In this document: piece after piece, positions 1-9,520 of the stretch
How positions within the stretch are numbered: position 1 is the stretch's first letter
Layout: every line of letters begins with the position of its first letter
Origin: an uncultured virus (IMG/VR IMGVR_UViG_3300031227_000030)
Taxonomy: Duplodnaviria > Heunggongvirae > Uroviricota > Caudoviricetes
Length of the DNA stretch: 20,000 nucleotides
Virus record (IMG/VR): IMGVR_UViG_3300031227_000030
Strand: one strand, 5' to 3'
The notes under the pieces: model-generated
What the model was told of the DNA's origin: nothing
What the model saw: only the letters and a program-made list of their open reading frames with translations
Database searches by the model: none
Translations under genes and position numbers: made by a program

Positions 1-1026
1 ATCTCTTGGGGAATTTGCCTAACTGATGAATTAGTAGATTTAGGATTAAATATTGACACAAGAATTACCCAACAAGCTTTAATAACTGCTGCTATTGCTG
101 TAAATATTCCAGCTATTCAGGCAGGGATAACTGCATGGACAGCTTTCCCTCTTTCTGATGTAGGTGGAAATAGTCGATTTAACGATGTTGCTCTCTTGCC
201 ATTTCAAATTGAAGTTGACGATAGAGTTATTCAAATTGCAGGAAGGCTTGGGGAAATTGTTACAGCTGTTGGATCTGTTACAGATGGAGGAGATGGGACA
301 TATATAACAGTAGATGGAGCTTTTGCTTTTCGGTATCAGTGGTTAGATAGACGGATCAATAAAGGTTATGGATCTTTGGCTTCTCAAGATGGAGCTGATA
401 AAACAAAAAAGATAATAGATCAGCAAAATTTAAATGCCCAAAGCATGGAACAAAACTATAAGGACGCAATGGTTGCCACTCTTTTTGTAGAGAATCCAGA
501 GGATTTCTTTTCAGATATGGAAGGTTTTTCTAGTGCTTTAGTGGCTTCTCAAGATTTAAGAGTTATTACTGTCATCTCTATTCCTTCAGCTCAAACATTG
601 TATCCAAATGTTGTAACAGAAGTTCCTGCGATTTCTGCATCACTACTTCAAGCTGTTTCTGGGGCAACTGCTATAATAAGTAAAATCAATATCAATAATA
701 ATAATATCGTTTCTTTTTATGTCTCGGATATTGTTGGTACATTTGATTCTACTAACTTGGTTACTGGAGTAAACTTAGACCAAACAACTTTTTCTTTTGT
801 TCCAGCTAATACTTTCCCTTCTCTTTATCAATTTGAGAGAGGAGACGATGTCTTTGTTATTGATGATAGTCTGGGGAATGCAGAACTTCCTTCTGTAGGG
901 ACTCCTGGGAGAATTTTACATTTAGATTTTGATAATAATCAAATTTATTTAGATTTTGAAGTTCCTGCGACATATACTCCTGAGAATTTAGTAAGAATTT
1001 ATAAATGCTTAATTGCATATGTTTGA
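1..1026 (+). CDS. Phage tail/baseplate-region structural protein, 5'-partial
   Basis: Frame 1 is open from base 1 (ISWGICLTDELVDLG...) into the 196..1026 ORF, so the TTG start at 196 is not the real start. It lies directly upstream of the baseplate genes. Family not recognised. Confidence 0.7.
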   Translation: MSWGICLTDELVDLGLNIDTRITQQALITAAIAVNIPAIQAGITAWTAFPLSDVGGNSRFNDVALLPFQIEVDDRVIQIAGRLGEIVTAVGSVTDGGDGTYITVDGAFAFRYQWLDRRINKGYGSLASQDGADKTKKIIDQQNLNAQSMEQNYKDAMVATLFVENPEDFFSDMEGFSSALVASQDLRVITVISIPSAQTLYPNVVTEVPAISASLLQAVSGATAIISKININNNNIVSFYVSDIVGTFDSTNLVTGVNLDQTTFSFVPANTFPSLYQFERGDDVFVIDDSLGNAELPSVGTPGRILHLDFDNNQIYLDFEVPATYTPENLVRIYKCLIAYV

Positions 1027-1072
1027 CGCTTATAAGGTAAGCAATAAAAATAGTAACTTTATTTCAATAAGA

Positions 1073-1081
1073 TGATAAAAT
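1073..1081 (+). promoter_or_regulatory. Candidate extended -10 promoter (TGaTAAAAT), possibly leaderless transcript
   Basis: TG-a-TAAAAT ends at 1081 and the ATG is at 1088. No SD upstream of the ATG and no clear -35. Confidence 0.3.
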
Positions 1082-1087
1082 AACTCT

Positions 1088-3013
1088 ATGACAGATTCTA
1101 AATTTCCATATCCAAATCTAGCAAAAACTTCAGGGAAAGAGTCTCTTGGAGCTTTAGGAAGAGTTGCAGGAAATTTTCAAGATTTTTTTAAAAACTTAAG
1201 TTTTTCTAGAATTTTTGGAAAGAATGTTAAATCTTATCCTGTAAATGATGTCATTTCTCCTGCTGTTTGGGATATTGTTGAATCAAATTGGAACAAAGAT
1301 TTAGGCTATGCCTTTAGGGTAGAAGAAGAAAGCAAAAATAATGGAGGAATCCAATCTACTTTTAATGATTTAGTTGGTTCTCAGTTTTTTGGCCAATCTG
1401 GATTTCAAGAGTTTATCCTTCAAGTTAATCCTTCAGATTTAACACAGGATGAAGAATTTGCCGTTGTTATCAGACCAACACAAACTGGGGTTGTGACAGA
1501 ACATAAGGGTTTTATTTTTAAAGATTTAATTATTTCTGGAACTACAGCTGTTCATCCTTTAAGAGGTGAAGCAGGGATTCAAGATAATGGGACTTTGATG
1601 GGAAGTTCTGGAAGGTCTGGTTTTTTGGAATTCTTAGAGCTTAGAAATTATTTTAGAGCTTATGCTCAATATAAAACTGATCAAGGACATTCTAATGCTA
1701 GAATGATTTTTGAAAATTTTAAAGACAATGAGTCATGGTATATCGAGCCTTTAAAATTTTCTATGAAAAGAAATTCTTCTAGAGCAACTTTGTATGATTA
1801 TAATATTGTTTTAAAAATTATTGGAAAAGCTAAATTTGGTTCTGGGAGTAGTTCAAATTCTGTTTTAGATTTTCTTGATGAAGTTGACAATGTTTTAAAT
1901 GTTGCAAATGAAGCTATTACTGGATTTACTGGTATGGTAAATAGATTCTCTAGTTTATTAAAGCAATCAGAAAGAGCTTTAGAAGAAACTATCCTAGGGC
2001 CTATAAACAGAATCTCTACAGCTATTTATTCTTTGCAGAATTTAAAGACTACTGTTTTAAATATTCCAAGACAATTTATTCAAGCGACTTTGTTTTCAGT
2101 TTATAGACTAAGAGATAACACTTTAGATTTGTTTGGAGAAAATGATCCTTACTATGACTCTTATGTTGGAAGAGATCAGACTGTTGATCCTAAGTTTGAG
2201 AACCAAACAACTATTTTTACTAAGACTCAAATTATGGAGCATTTTAATAACCTTGAAGGTGCGTTTAATCAGTTGATTTCTAGTAATTTGCCATTTTCTA
2301 AAACAACATCTCAAATTAATAGCCAAATTTATAGACAAGGTTTTGGTAACCAACTTTCATTTCCAGATCCTTCTTCCGTTAAAGAGTTAACAATAAAAGG
2401 TGGAGATACTTTAGAGTCAATTTCTGCAAAAGTGTTAGGAGATCCAGATAGGTGGGTAGAGTTAGTTACTTTAAACAATCTTATCCCCCCATATCTTTCT
2501 GACACTCCTTCTTCGGATCCTAGGATTAAATCTGTTAGTGATAAAATTTTAATTCCTTTGTTTGACTCAAATAGTCCAGTAAGAACTAACTTTAATTCTA
2601 AGAATTTTAATTTTACAAGAAACTTGTCAGAACTTGATAAGTTTCTAGGAATAGATCTAAGGCTTAATTTAGATTCTCATGATTTAATGATAACAAATTC
2701 TAATGATTATTCTTTAGTTTCTGGTTCTGAAAATGCCGCTCAAGCTTTATTCATAAAATTAGGTTTAGAAAAAGGAAGTCTTAAAAGATATCCTGAGATA
2801 GGCCTTGGTCTTCAAGTGGGAACTAAATCTAGAACTAGAATGGCAGCTTCTTTTAGGACTGAAATAGCTAGGTCTGTTTTGACAGATCCAAGATTTGTAG
2901 ATATAAAAGACGTTTATTTTGAAATGATTGGAGGACAAGTTAAGTTCAATTTAACTCCTGTAATTGCTGATATGAATTTATCTGTTCCTCTAAAACTTAG
3001 TGTGGAGAATTAG
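1088..3013 (+). CDS. Baseplate protein: tube-initiator-like N-domain + LysM-like domain + gp25/GPW-like C-domain
   Basis: EFILQVNPSDLTQDEE...KDLIISGTT resembles tube-initiator (gpU/CIS tube) proteins. TIKGGDTLESISAKVLGDPDRWVELVTLNNL is LysM/gpX-like. GIDLRL...LVSGSENAAQAL...EKGSLKRYPEIG...TDPRF is gp25-like. It precedes baseplate J. Confidence 0.8.
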   Translation: MTDSKFPYPNLAKTSGKESLGALGRVAGNFQDFFKNLSFSRIFGKNVKSYPVNDVISPAVWDIVESNWNKDLGYAFRVEEESKNNGGIQSTFNDLVGSQFFGQSGFQEFILQVNPSDLTQDEEFAVVIRPTQTGVVTEHKGFIFKDLIISGTTAVHPLRGEAGIQDNGTLMGSSGRSGFLEFLELRNYFRAYAQYKTDQGHSNARMIFENFKDNESWYIEPLKFSMKRNSSRATLYDYNIVLKIIGKAKFGSGSSSNSVLDFLDEVDNVLNVANEAITGFTGMVNRFSSLLKQSERALEETILGPINRISTAIYSLQNLKTTVLNIPRQFIQATLFSVYRLRDNTLDLFGENDPYYDSYVGRDQTVDPKFENQTTIFTKTQIMEHFNNLEGAFNQLISSNLPFSKTTSQINSQIYRQGFGNQLSFPDPSSVKELTIKGGDTLESISAKVLGDPDRWVELVTLNNLIPPYLSDTPSSDPRIKSVSDKILIPLFDSNSPVRTNFNSKNFNFTRNLSELDKFLGIDLRLNLDSHDLMITNSNDYSLVSGSENAAQALFIKLGLEKGSLKRYPEIGLGLQVGTKSRTRMAASFRTEIARSVLTDPRFVDIKDVYFEMIGGQVKFNLTPVIADMNLSVPLKLSVEN

Positions 3014-3016
3014 CTT

Positions 3017-6000
3017 ATGCCATTTACCCCAAAACCTTATAATAAAATAAAAGGAGCAATGGTCGCTACTTTAAAATCAGTGACTCCTTTAACTGATTTT
3101 GTGCCAGGATCTGTCGCTGATACTCTTTTGGAAGCTCCTTCTGTTGAAGATGCTCAGCAATATATTCAGATGACAAATCTTTTAGCATTGTTTCACTTAG
3201 ATACAATAGAGGGTGCAGACTTAGACGTTAAAGCTTTTGAATTTGGTTTAACGAGAAATCAGCCAACTAAGTCTTCTGGGTATACGACAATTTCAGATTC
3301 TGCTTTCCCTAAAATATCTACTATAATATATCCAGTTTTGTCTGGGCCTATTGTTGGATCTTTTTTATTAAATGTAGTTGATGCTTCTACTTTCCCAACT
3401 CCTGATGCACTTCATCCAACTTATACTCTTGTTATTGGCAGAGGAACGGCTAATTCAGAAATGGTAACTTATGCTGTTGCTCCTGTTAATAATGTTTCTT
3501 ATTGGACAATTACTCTTGTTGCTGGTTTTGGGAATGACCATGGGACAGAGGAAACTGTAGTTCTTTCTCAGGGAGGAAATCGAGCAATTCCTGCAGGAAC
3601 TCAGGTGGCGATTCCTGAGTCTGATATTTACTCAGAAATTAACTATACTAGTAATAATTTAGCTACTATCTTAGATGGAGAAGAAGAAGTCTCAAGTGTT
3701 TCAGTTACAGCGGCTCAAGCAGGATCTTCTGGAAATGCTCCAGCGGGAGGAATAAGCCAATTTTCAACTTTACCTTTTACTACTGCTCTTGTCACGAATC
3801 CTCTTCCATTTAATAATGGAGAAGACTTAGAATCTGATCAAGATTTTAGAGATAGGATTAGGAATAAAGTATCTTCATTAGCTGCAGGAACTATTAAAGC
3901 AATTATTTCTGGAATTGCTGGTCAAATAGATAATGAAGACAGCAAGAGAGTTGTTTCCGAAACTTTTAGAGAGGCTATAAATTATCCTAGTGATATTTCT
4001 CAATTATTTATTGATGATGGCACAGGTTTTGAACCTTCTTTTGAAGGGCAAGGGTATGAGATAATTATAGATCAAGCTTCTGGAGGAGAAGGGCTTTTAA
4101 ATACAAGTTTTTATCCTATTGTTAAAGCTTCTTTGGTTACTTCGAATTCTTCTCCATATAATTTAATTGGAAATGAGGTTCTTTCTTATTCTGTTAATAA
4201 TGTCTTGGAAGAGGTGACTTTTTTAGTTACAGATTTTTCTATTATTGGACAAGCAACTGCTTTAGAAGTGGCAACTGCTATCAATACAAGAGCTACTTTA
4301 ATTGAGGCTAGGACAACAGATGAAAAAAATAAAGTAATTATAACTCCTAATATAAACTCTAGTGAGTCTGTTATCGTAAATGTTTTAGGGGCTGGAGTTG
4401 ACGCAAATAACCTTTTGGGGTTTGTTGTGAATGAAGAGGCTCATACTTTAAATCTTTATAAGAATGATATATTTTTAGTTAAAGATGGAAGAACTGCTTT
4501 TTTAGATTCTGGAAACCCCCAAACTTATGCGATTATAATTGGAGATACTTTAACTATTCAAATTGATGGGAAAGCCCTTATTCAAACAATTACTTTTACT
4601 ATTGGTGGAGCCTTAACAGCTCAGCAGGTTTGTGACGATATAAATGATCAATTAGTTGGAGGAGTTGCCCAAGTTGGGATTAATTCTATAGGGCAAAGTT
4701 TTGTGAGATTGTCTTCATTTACATTATTATCTTCAAGTTCTATGATTAGAGTAACAGGTGGAACGGCTAATGCTCTTTTAGCTTTTCCTACAACTGCTCC
4801 TGCTTCTGGGTTAACAAACCTAGGACTTAACAAAGATTATGTTATGAATAGGTTTAATGGACAAATTAGGCTTACGACTCCATTACATACAAATGATATG
4901 TTATCTGCTGGATCTTCTCAGACAAGAGCTTTTGTTTCAAATTATTTTGATTTTGGAGACCCTCTAAACCATCCTATTACTGGAGATGCTTCAGATGATG
5001 TCTATGCAATAGCCGATACTCAAACTCTTATTGTCACTGTTGATGGTGGGGCTCCGCAAACTCATGTTTTTACTGTTCCTGGGGACTTCATAGATCCAGT
5101 TACTGGCTTTACTATTGCTCCTCCATACGATGCAACTCAAGTTGCTGAAGCATTTAATTCTTATACAACAGTCTTAGGGGCAAGAATGGATGTTGTTAAT
5201 TTTGGTGGACTTCATTATTTAAGATTGAGGTCTACAGATTGGGAGAATGGGACTATATACTTAGATTCAGCTTCTACAGCGAATCCTTTGCCTAATGGAT
5301 TAGGACTAGGTTTGACAGATACGACTATTTCAGGACAAACTTCTAGTATGGCCTATATAGAGTCAGGAAATTCTGGAGATTATAGCTTTGGTCCTGGGAT
5401 GACTTTTTCTATTGTTTTAGACCAAGATCCTTTAAACAGATTATTCATTGTTCCTTTAACAAGAGCTGGAGCAGTTACGACTCAGATTAATAACTTACGC
5501 TTTAGAGATTCTTCATTGGTTTCTCTTTTTACAAAAGACTCTGATTTGATTGGTTATGAAGCAAGGTTTACTGACACTACTGTAACAGTAGCACTTAGTT
5601 CTCAAAGAAGAACGGTAATTGCTTATGACCATACAAATGGAGAGATTACTGTTGGAGCAGCTTTTGGTGGTATTCCTATTATTACAGATGATTATGAATT
5701 AATTCCTGTTACAACCTTAAACACAGTGAATTTTATTAAAAATAAAGGGATAACTCCTCTGTCTGTTTTCTCTGCGATAGAAGAATCTTCTAGTGGGTCA
5801 AATGTACAGATAACTCCTACAACAATTGGTTCTTCTGGTGCAGTTCAAGTTGCTGGAGGATATGCCAATGGTTTATCCGTACCAGTTAGTGTTGATGGAG
5901 ATGCTTTGGGAACTATTGGAATAGATAGTATCTCTGGATTATCTATTAATTTACATATTACTGTTCATAGACCTGGTCCTGTTACAGTCTCGGGTTATAT

Positions 6001-6559
6001 TGACTCTATTGTCACAGGAGCAGATCATTATATCCTCACTGTTACTGTGGCTCCTGATGGGGCTGGTGGGGCGGTAGACTTATCTACTTATACTATCGCT
6101 GTTGGGGCTACAATTAGCGCACATAACCTTTTAGATTTTCCAACAAATTTGGTAGAAGGAATGGATGGATATAAAAATTACACAGGGCTAATGAGAAAAT
6201 GCCAATGGTTAGTCGATGGCTATCCTGCTGATTTAATTAACTATCCTGGGTTAAAAGCTGCTGGAATAAAAATAGAAGTTTCTGCTCCTTTAGTTAATCA
6301 ACTTTCTCAGATTATTTTAGATGTTACTCCTCTTCCAGGAGTTAATTTAAGTAATATTTCTGAGTATGTTAGATCTGCTGTCCTTTCTTATGTAAATAGT
6401 TTAGAGTTAGGAGAAGATGTCCTCTTAGCTTCGATAATAGATGTAGTGATGGATGTAACAGGAGTTCAGAATGTAAGGGTTATATCTCCAACTGCAGATA
6501 CTTTAATTTCGGATAATCAAATTGCGAGAATTTTCTCAGGAAATGTTACTGTGAGTTAA
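3017..6559 (+). CDS. Baseplate J-like wedge protein with large repeated-domain insertions
   Basis: N-terminal LTDFVPGSVADTLLEA and ATIL...VTAAQAGSSGN...GEDLESDQDFRDRI...AGT motifs, and C-terminal AVLSYVNSLELGEDVLLASIIDVVMDVTGVQNV, are typical of Baseplate_J. SD GGAG at 3004-3007. Confidence 0.9.
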   Translation: MPFTPKPYNKIKGAMVATLKSVTPLTDFVPGSVADTLLEAPSVEDAQQYIQMTNLLALFHLDTIEGADLDVKAFEFGLTRNQPTKSSGYTTISDSAFPKISTIIYPVLSGPIVGSFLLNVVDASTFPTPDALHPTYTLVIGRGTANSEMVTYAVAPVNNVSYWTITLVAGFGNDHGTEETVVLSQGGNRAIPAGTQVAIPESDIYSEINYTSNNLATILDGEEEVSSVSVTAAQAGSSGNAPAGGISQFSTLPFTTALVTNPLPFNNGEDLESDQDFRDRIRNKVSSLAAGTIKAIISGIAGQIDNEDSKRVVSETFREAINYPSDISQLFIDDGTGFEPSFEGQGYEIIIDQASGGEGLLNTSFYPIVKASLVTSNSSPYNLIGNEVLSYSVNNVLEEVTFLVTDFSIIGQATALEVATAINTRATLIEARTTDEKNKVIITPNINSSESVIVNVLGAGVDANNLLGFVVNEEAHTLNLYKNDIFLVKDGRTAFLDSGNPQTYAIIIGDTLTIQIDGKALIQTITFTIGGALTAQQVCDDINDQLVGGVAQVGINSIGQSFVRLSSFTLLSSSSMIRVTGGTANALLAFPTTAPASGLTNLGLNKDYVMNRFNGQIRLTTPLHTNDMLSAGSSQTRAFVSNYFDFGDPLNHPITGDASDDVYAIADTQTLIVTVDGGAPQTHVFTVPGDFIDPVTGFTIAPPYDATQVAEAFNSYTTVLGARMDVVNFGGLHYLRLRSTDWENGTIYLDSASTANPLPNGLGLGLTDTTISGQTSSMAYIESGNSGDYSFGPGMTFSIVLDQDPLNRLFIVPLTRAGAVTTQINNLRFRDSSLVSLFTKDSDLIGYEARFTDTTVTVALSSQRRTVIAYDHTNGEITVGAAFGGIPIITDDYELIPVTTLNTVNFIKNKGITPLSVFSAIEESSSGSNVQITPTTIGSSGAVQVAGGYANGLSVPVSVDGDALGTIGIDSISGLSINLHITVHRPGPVTVSGYIDSIVTGADHYILTVTVAPDGAGGAVDLSTYTIAVGATISAHNLLDFPTNLVEGMDGYKNYTGLMRKCQWLVDGYPADLINYPGLKAAGIKIEVSAPLVNQLSQIILDVTPLPGVNLSNISEYVRSAVLSYVNSLELGEDVLLASIIDVVMDVTGVQNVRVISPTADTLISDNQIARIFSGNVTVS

Positions 6560-6562
6560 AAT

Positions 6563-8323
6563 ATGATTACTGTTCAACAAAAATTAGCTAGATATTATGC
6601 GACAGTCCCTTCTAGTTTTTACCAGCCAAGTGTTAACCTTGAGACTTTAGGGTTGTTAACTGCTTGGGCTACTGAGGACGCAGCTATCTTAAATGAATTA
6701 GAAAGTTTAAGATTAGAGTTTTTTGTAGCAACAGCTGATGGGATATTTTTAGATATGCTTGGGTCTGATGTTGGAGTTTCAAGACCTTCGGACTTTCTTA
6801 ATGATGATGACCATTATAGAGAATTAATCGCTTTAGCTTACTCTCCTCATGTTAATGAAGCATCTTATGACGAATTATTTGATATAATTTTTGGCCCTCT
6901 TGCTTCTCGTTCTTATGTTGTTTCTAGAGAACCTGAGAATTATACGTTACTTCAGAGCATTGACTTTGCAACAGATGGGACTCTTGTTGGAACATTTACT
7001 ACGGATTCTGATTTAGGACTAAAACACACTATTGATGATAGTCCATTATTGGATGAAGATTTTAGAATACAAAGAGATACCGTTGGCTTTCAACTTGAGG
7101 TCTTAGCTACATTATCAGGATTAACAGCCCCTCCAGCTCCTTACACTGTTGAAGTTGATGATGGAGATACTGATTTAACTTTATTTACTACGTTAGCTAA
7201 TTCAAAAATTTTAACTTTAGAAGTTTTAATCATTAGAACAGAGAGTGGAATTCAGACAGTAACATTTTTATCTTCAGATTTTCCTGACTTATTAAATGTA
7301 ACTGTTCAACAAGCTGCAACAATTATTAATGAAAGACAGACTCTTGCTACAGCAGATGTTTTCTTTAATATGACTGATAGCCAAAATTATCTTAGGATTA
7401 GGACAAATACTCCTGGATCTAGTGGTTTTATCCAAATTTTAGGTGGGACAAGTAACGCTACTTTTTGTTTTGATCACAATATCCATAGAAATTTTGAAGT
7501 AGATATTGATGAAACTGGGGATGATCCTGTCATAATTATTCCTCAAGTTTCTTTGACAAATAGAGATTTAAGAGGAAGTTGGCATTTTCATGATGATCCT
7601 GCAACTATTCCATTTATAAATACTCATCTTGGACAAATGGCTAATCAATTAATTTGGGATACTTATCCTTCGACAGAAGCTACACCTTATTGGCCAGGAC
7701 CATTTTTATTTCATTCTTTGCCTTCTACAGATGTTTCTCCTGTTTTCCCCGCAGCTGCTTATACGTTACATTCTGTTTCTACAACTTTAACTAGCCCTTT
7801 AGAGCATGGGACTTCTGCGTCTGCTGGACCGAATATTTACCCTACTCCAGTAGATGATTCTTCTCAATTTCCTAACCCTAGTGTGGGAGCAGAATCTTAT
7901 ATCATGATTAGTTTAGGAGAGGGGAATCAAGAAGGCCCAACGAGAGAGAGAGCGGATCTTCTTTTAAAGTATTTGGCTAGAACAGGTAACCATTCTCTTA
8001 ACTTAGATCCTTTATACCAGTTTGGACTAACATTAGATCCAGTTTTCCCTGTTTCTATCCCTGGTTTTAGATTTGACCATATTTCTGGAGAAATTGTCAA
8101 TCTTGTTAGCTACTCTTCTTCTTCAGATAAAGATGGCTCTGGGTTTAGATCTTTGTCTGGTGGGTATGAGCCTAGAAAAGATGGGAAAGATTATGGAGTT
8201 TATCTAACAGAGTCTAGGGCTACAGATGAAGTTATCGAAGAGATTTTATCGACTATGGGTGTTGCTGGATTAGCTTCACAATTTGAAGTAAATGAGATAC
8301 ACTACAGATATGAAACAATATAG
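6563..8323 (+). CDS. Baseplate wedge protein, P2 gpI/T4 gp7-like, with accessory domains
   Basis: FFVATADGIFLDMLGSDVGVSRP...DDDHYRELI is the gpI-like N-terminal signature. It follows J directly. Confidence 0.75.
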   Translation: MITVQQKLARYYATVPSSFYQPSVNLETLGLLTAWATEDAAILNELESLRLEFFVATADGIFLDMLGSDVGVSRPSDFLNDDDHYRELIALAYSPHVNEASYDELFDIIFGPLASRSYVVSREPENYTLLQSIDFATDGTLVGTFTTDSDLGLKHTIDDSPLLDEDFRIQRDTVGFQLEVLATLSGLTAPPAPYTVEVDDGDTDLTLFTTLANSKILTLEVLIIRTESGIQTVTFLSSDFPDLLNVTVQQAATIINERQTLATADVFFNMTDSQNYLRIRTNTPGSSGFIQILGGTSNATFCFDHNIHRNFEVDIDETGDDPVIIIPQVSLTNRDLRGSWHFHDDPATIPFINTHLGQMANQLIWDTYPSTEATPYWPGPFLFHSLPSTDVSPVFPAAAYTLHSVSTTLTSPLEHGTSASAGPNIYPTPVDDSSQFPNPSVGAESYIMISLGEGNQEGPTRERADLLLKYLARTGNHSLNLDPLYQFGLTLDPVFPVSIPGFRFDHISGEIVNLVSYSSSSDKDGSGFRSLSGGYEPRKDGKDYGVYLTESRATDEVIEEILSTMGVAGLASQFEVNEIHYRYETI

Positions 8324-8338
8324 AGAAAGAGGATTTCT

Positions 8339-9505
8339 ATGACACAAGTCCAAAGAGTAAATATGATGCCTCAAGAAAGATTTGATAGAGGAGATTGGCT
8401 TAGTCATGAAGGGTTTATTCATGACGATTTTAAGCTTTACAATAAATCTTTCTTTTCTGGAGCAACAACTTATATTGTTTCTGGAGGAGAAATTTTAGTA
8501 GATGGAGGATTTACTATTCATGTAGATGTCAATGATAACCTCACTTTATTTAATACAGGAGATGAGAGTAGTTTTTTTAGAGGAGATTCAGCTACAATAA
8601 GTTTGTCTGCGGTTTTAGGACCAAGTACAGATAGTTTTGTTTGGATAAGGTTAGTCCCTTCTGATTCGGCAAATGCTCATCTTATTGGTGATGGAATAAG
8701 AGTTTTTTGGGATCCAACATTAAATGTTAATGGGGTGATTGGCGGAGAATTTTCTCAAAGTATAAAGACTGCTGCTGTAGCTTATATTCAGGGCCAGACT
8801 ATTCTTGGAGAAGAACCTCCTCTTGGTTCTCATTTTTTGGGAATTAGTTTAGGGAGTTTTCCTGGAGGAAGTGACATAATTCCTTTAGCTATTATAACTA
8901 CAGACGCATTTGGTATTACAGCTATTACAGATGCTAGAAAGTTATTCTTTAGGCTTGGTAGAGGAAATTTTACTTTAGCTGACTTACCTGAAGATACAAT
9001 GAATTATAATTTTCCTTGGGTTTCTAAGAATGATAGTGGAAATGCTGTAACAGTTGCAGCTGCTTATGAAGAAGGGGATAGAGGAATCTATACCTTAAAA
9101 GATGACTTAGATTCTATTAAGACAGAACTTAAATTTATAAAATGGGGAACTACTACAACTAGAAAATGGTATGAGAATGCTCCTTCTAGTTTAGCTGGGT
9201 TAGCAGAACCAATTATAATGACAGATGGAGGAATATGGAATTGGGGAACTGTCCCAAACACTTTGAGTTGGAGTGCAGATGCCTTATTTCTTTTCCCAGG
9301 ACCAATAGCAGCTTATACGAATACAATGGCTGCAGGAAGTGTTATTATGGCTGTAGATGATATGGTAACTTATGTAGATTTAGATCCTACTGCTAGTGTT
9401 GTTGTAGTTCCACAACCTGTCTCTGCTGCTAATTATACTGATCAATTGAATAGGGTTATTGTCGCAAGAAGACAGGGTGGATCAGTTTATGTTGGGATAT
9501 ACTAA
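8339..9505 (+). CDS. Tail fibre attachment/proximal fibre-type structural protein
   Basis: N-terminus QRVNMMPQERFDRGDW...YIVSGGEI resembles the N-terminal region of baseplate-attached fibre proteins (TssK-like shoulder; inference). SD AGAGG. It follows the wedge genes. Confidence 0.55.
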   Translation: MTQVQRVNMMPQERFDRGDWLSHEGFIHDDFKLYNKSFFSGATTYIVSGGEILVDGGFTIHVDVNDNLTLFNTGDESSFFRGDSATISLSAVLGPSTDSFVWIRLVPSDSANAHLIGDGIRVFWDPTLNVNGVIGGEFSQSIKTAAVAYIQGQTILGEEPPLGSHFLGISLGSFPGGSDIIPLAIITTDAFGITAITDARKLFFRLGRGNFTLADLPEDTMNYNFPWVSKNDSGNAVTVAAAYEEGDRGIYTLKDDLDSIKTELKFIKWGTTTTRKWYENAPSSLAGLAEPIIMTDGGIWNWGTVPNTLSWSADALFLFPGPIAAYTNTMAAGSVIMAVDDMVTYVDLDPTASVVVVPQPVSAANYTDQLNRVIVARRQGGSVYVGIY

Positions 9506-9520
9506 TAGGAGGAATATCGT

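Noticed and set aside
1023..1051. TTGACG as a -35 element, and the GCTTA-TAAGG-TAAGC hairpin as a terminator
   Set aside because: No good -10 at 16-18 bp spacing, and the hairpin is short and weak with no U tract.
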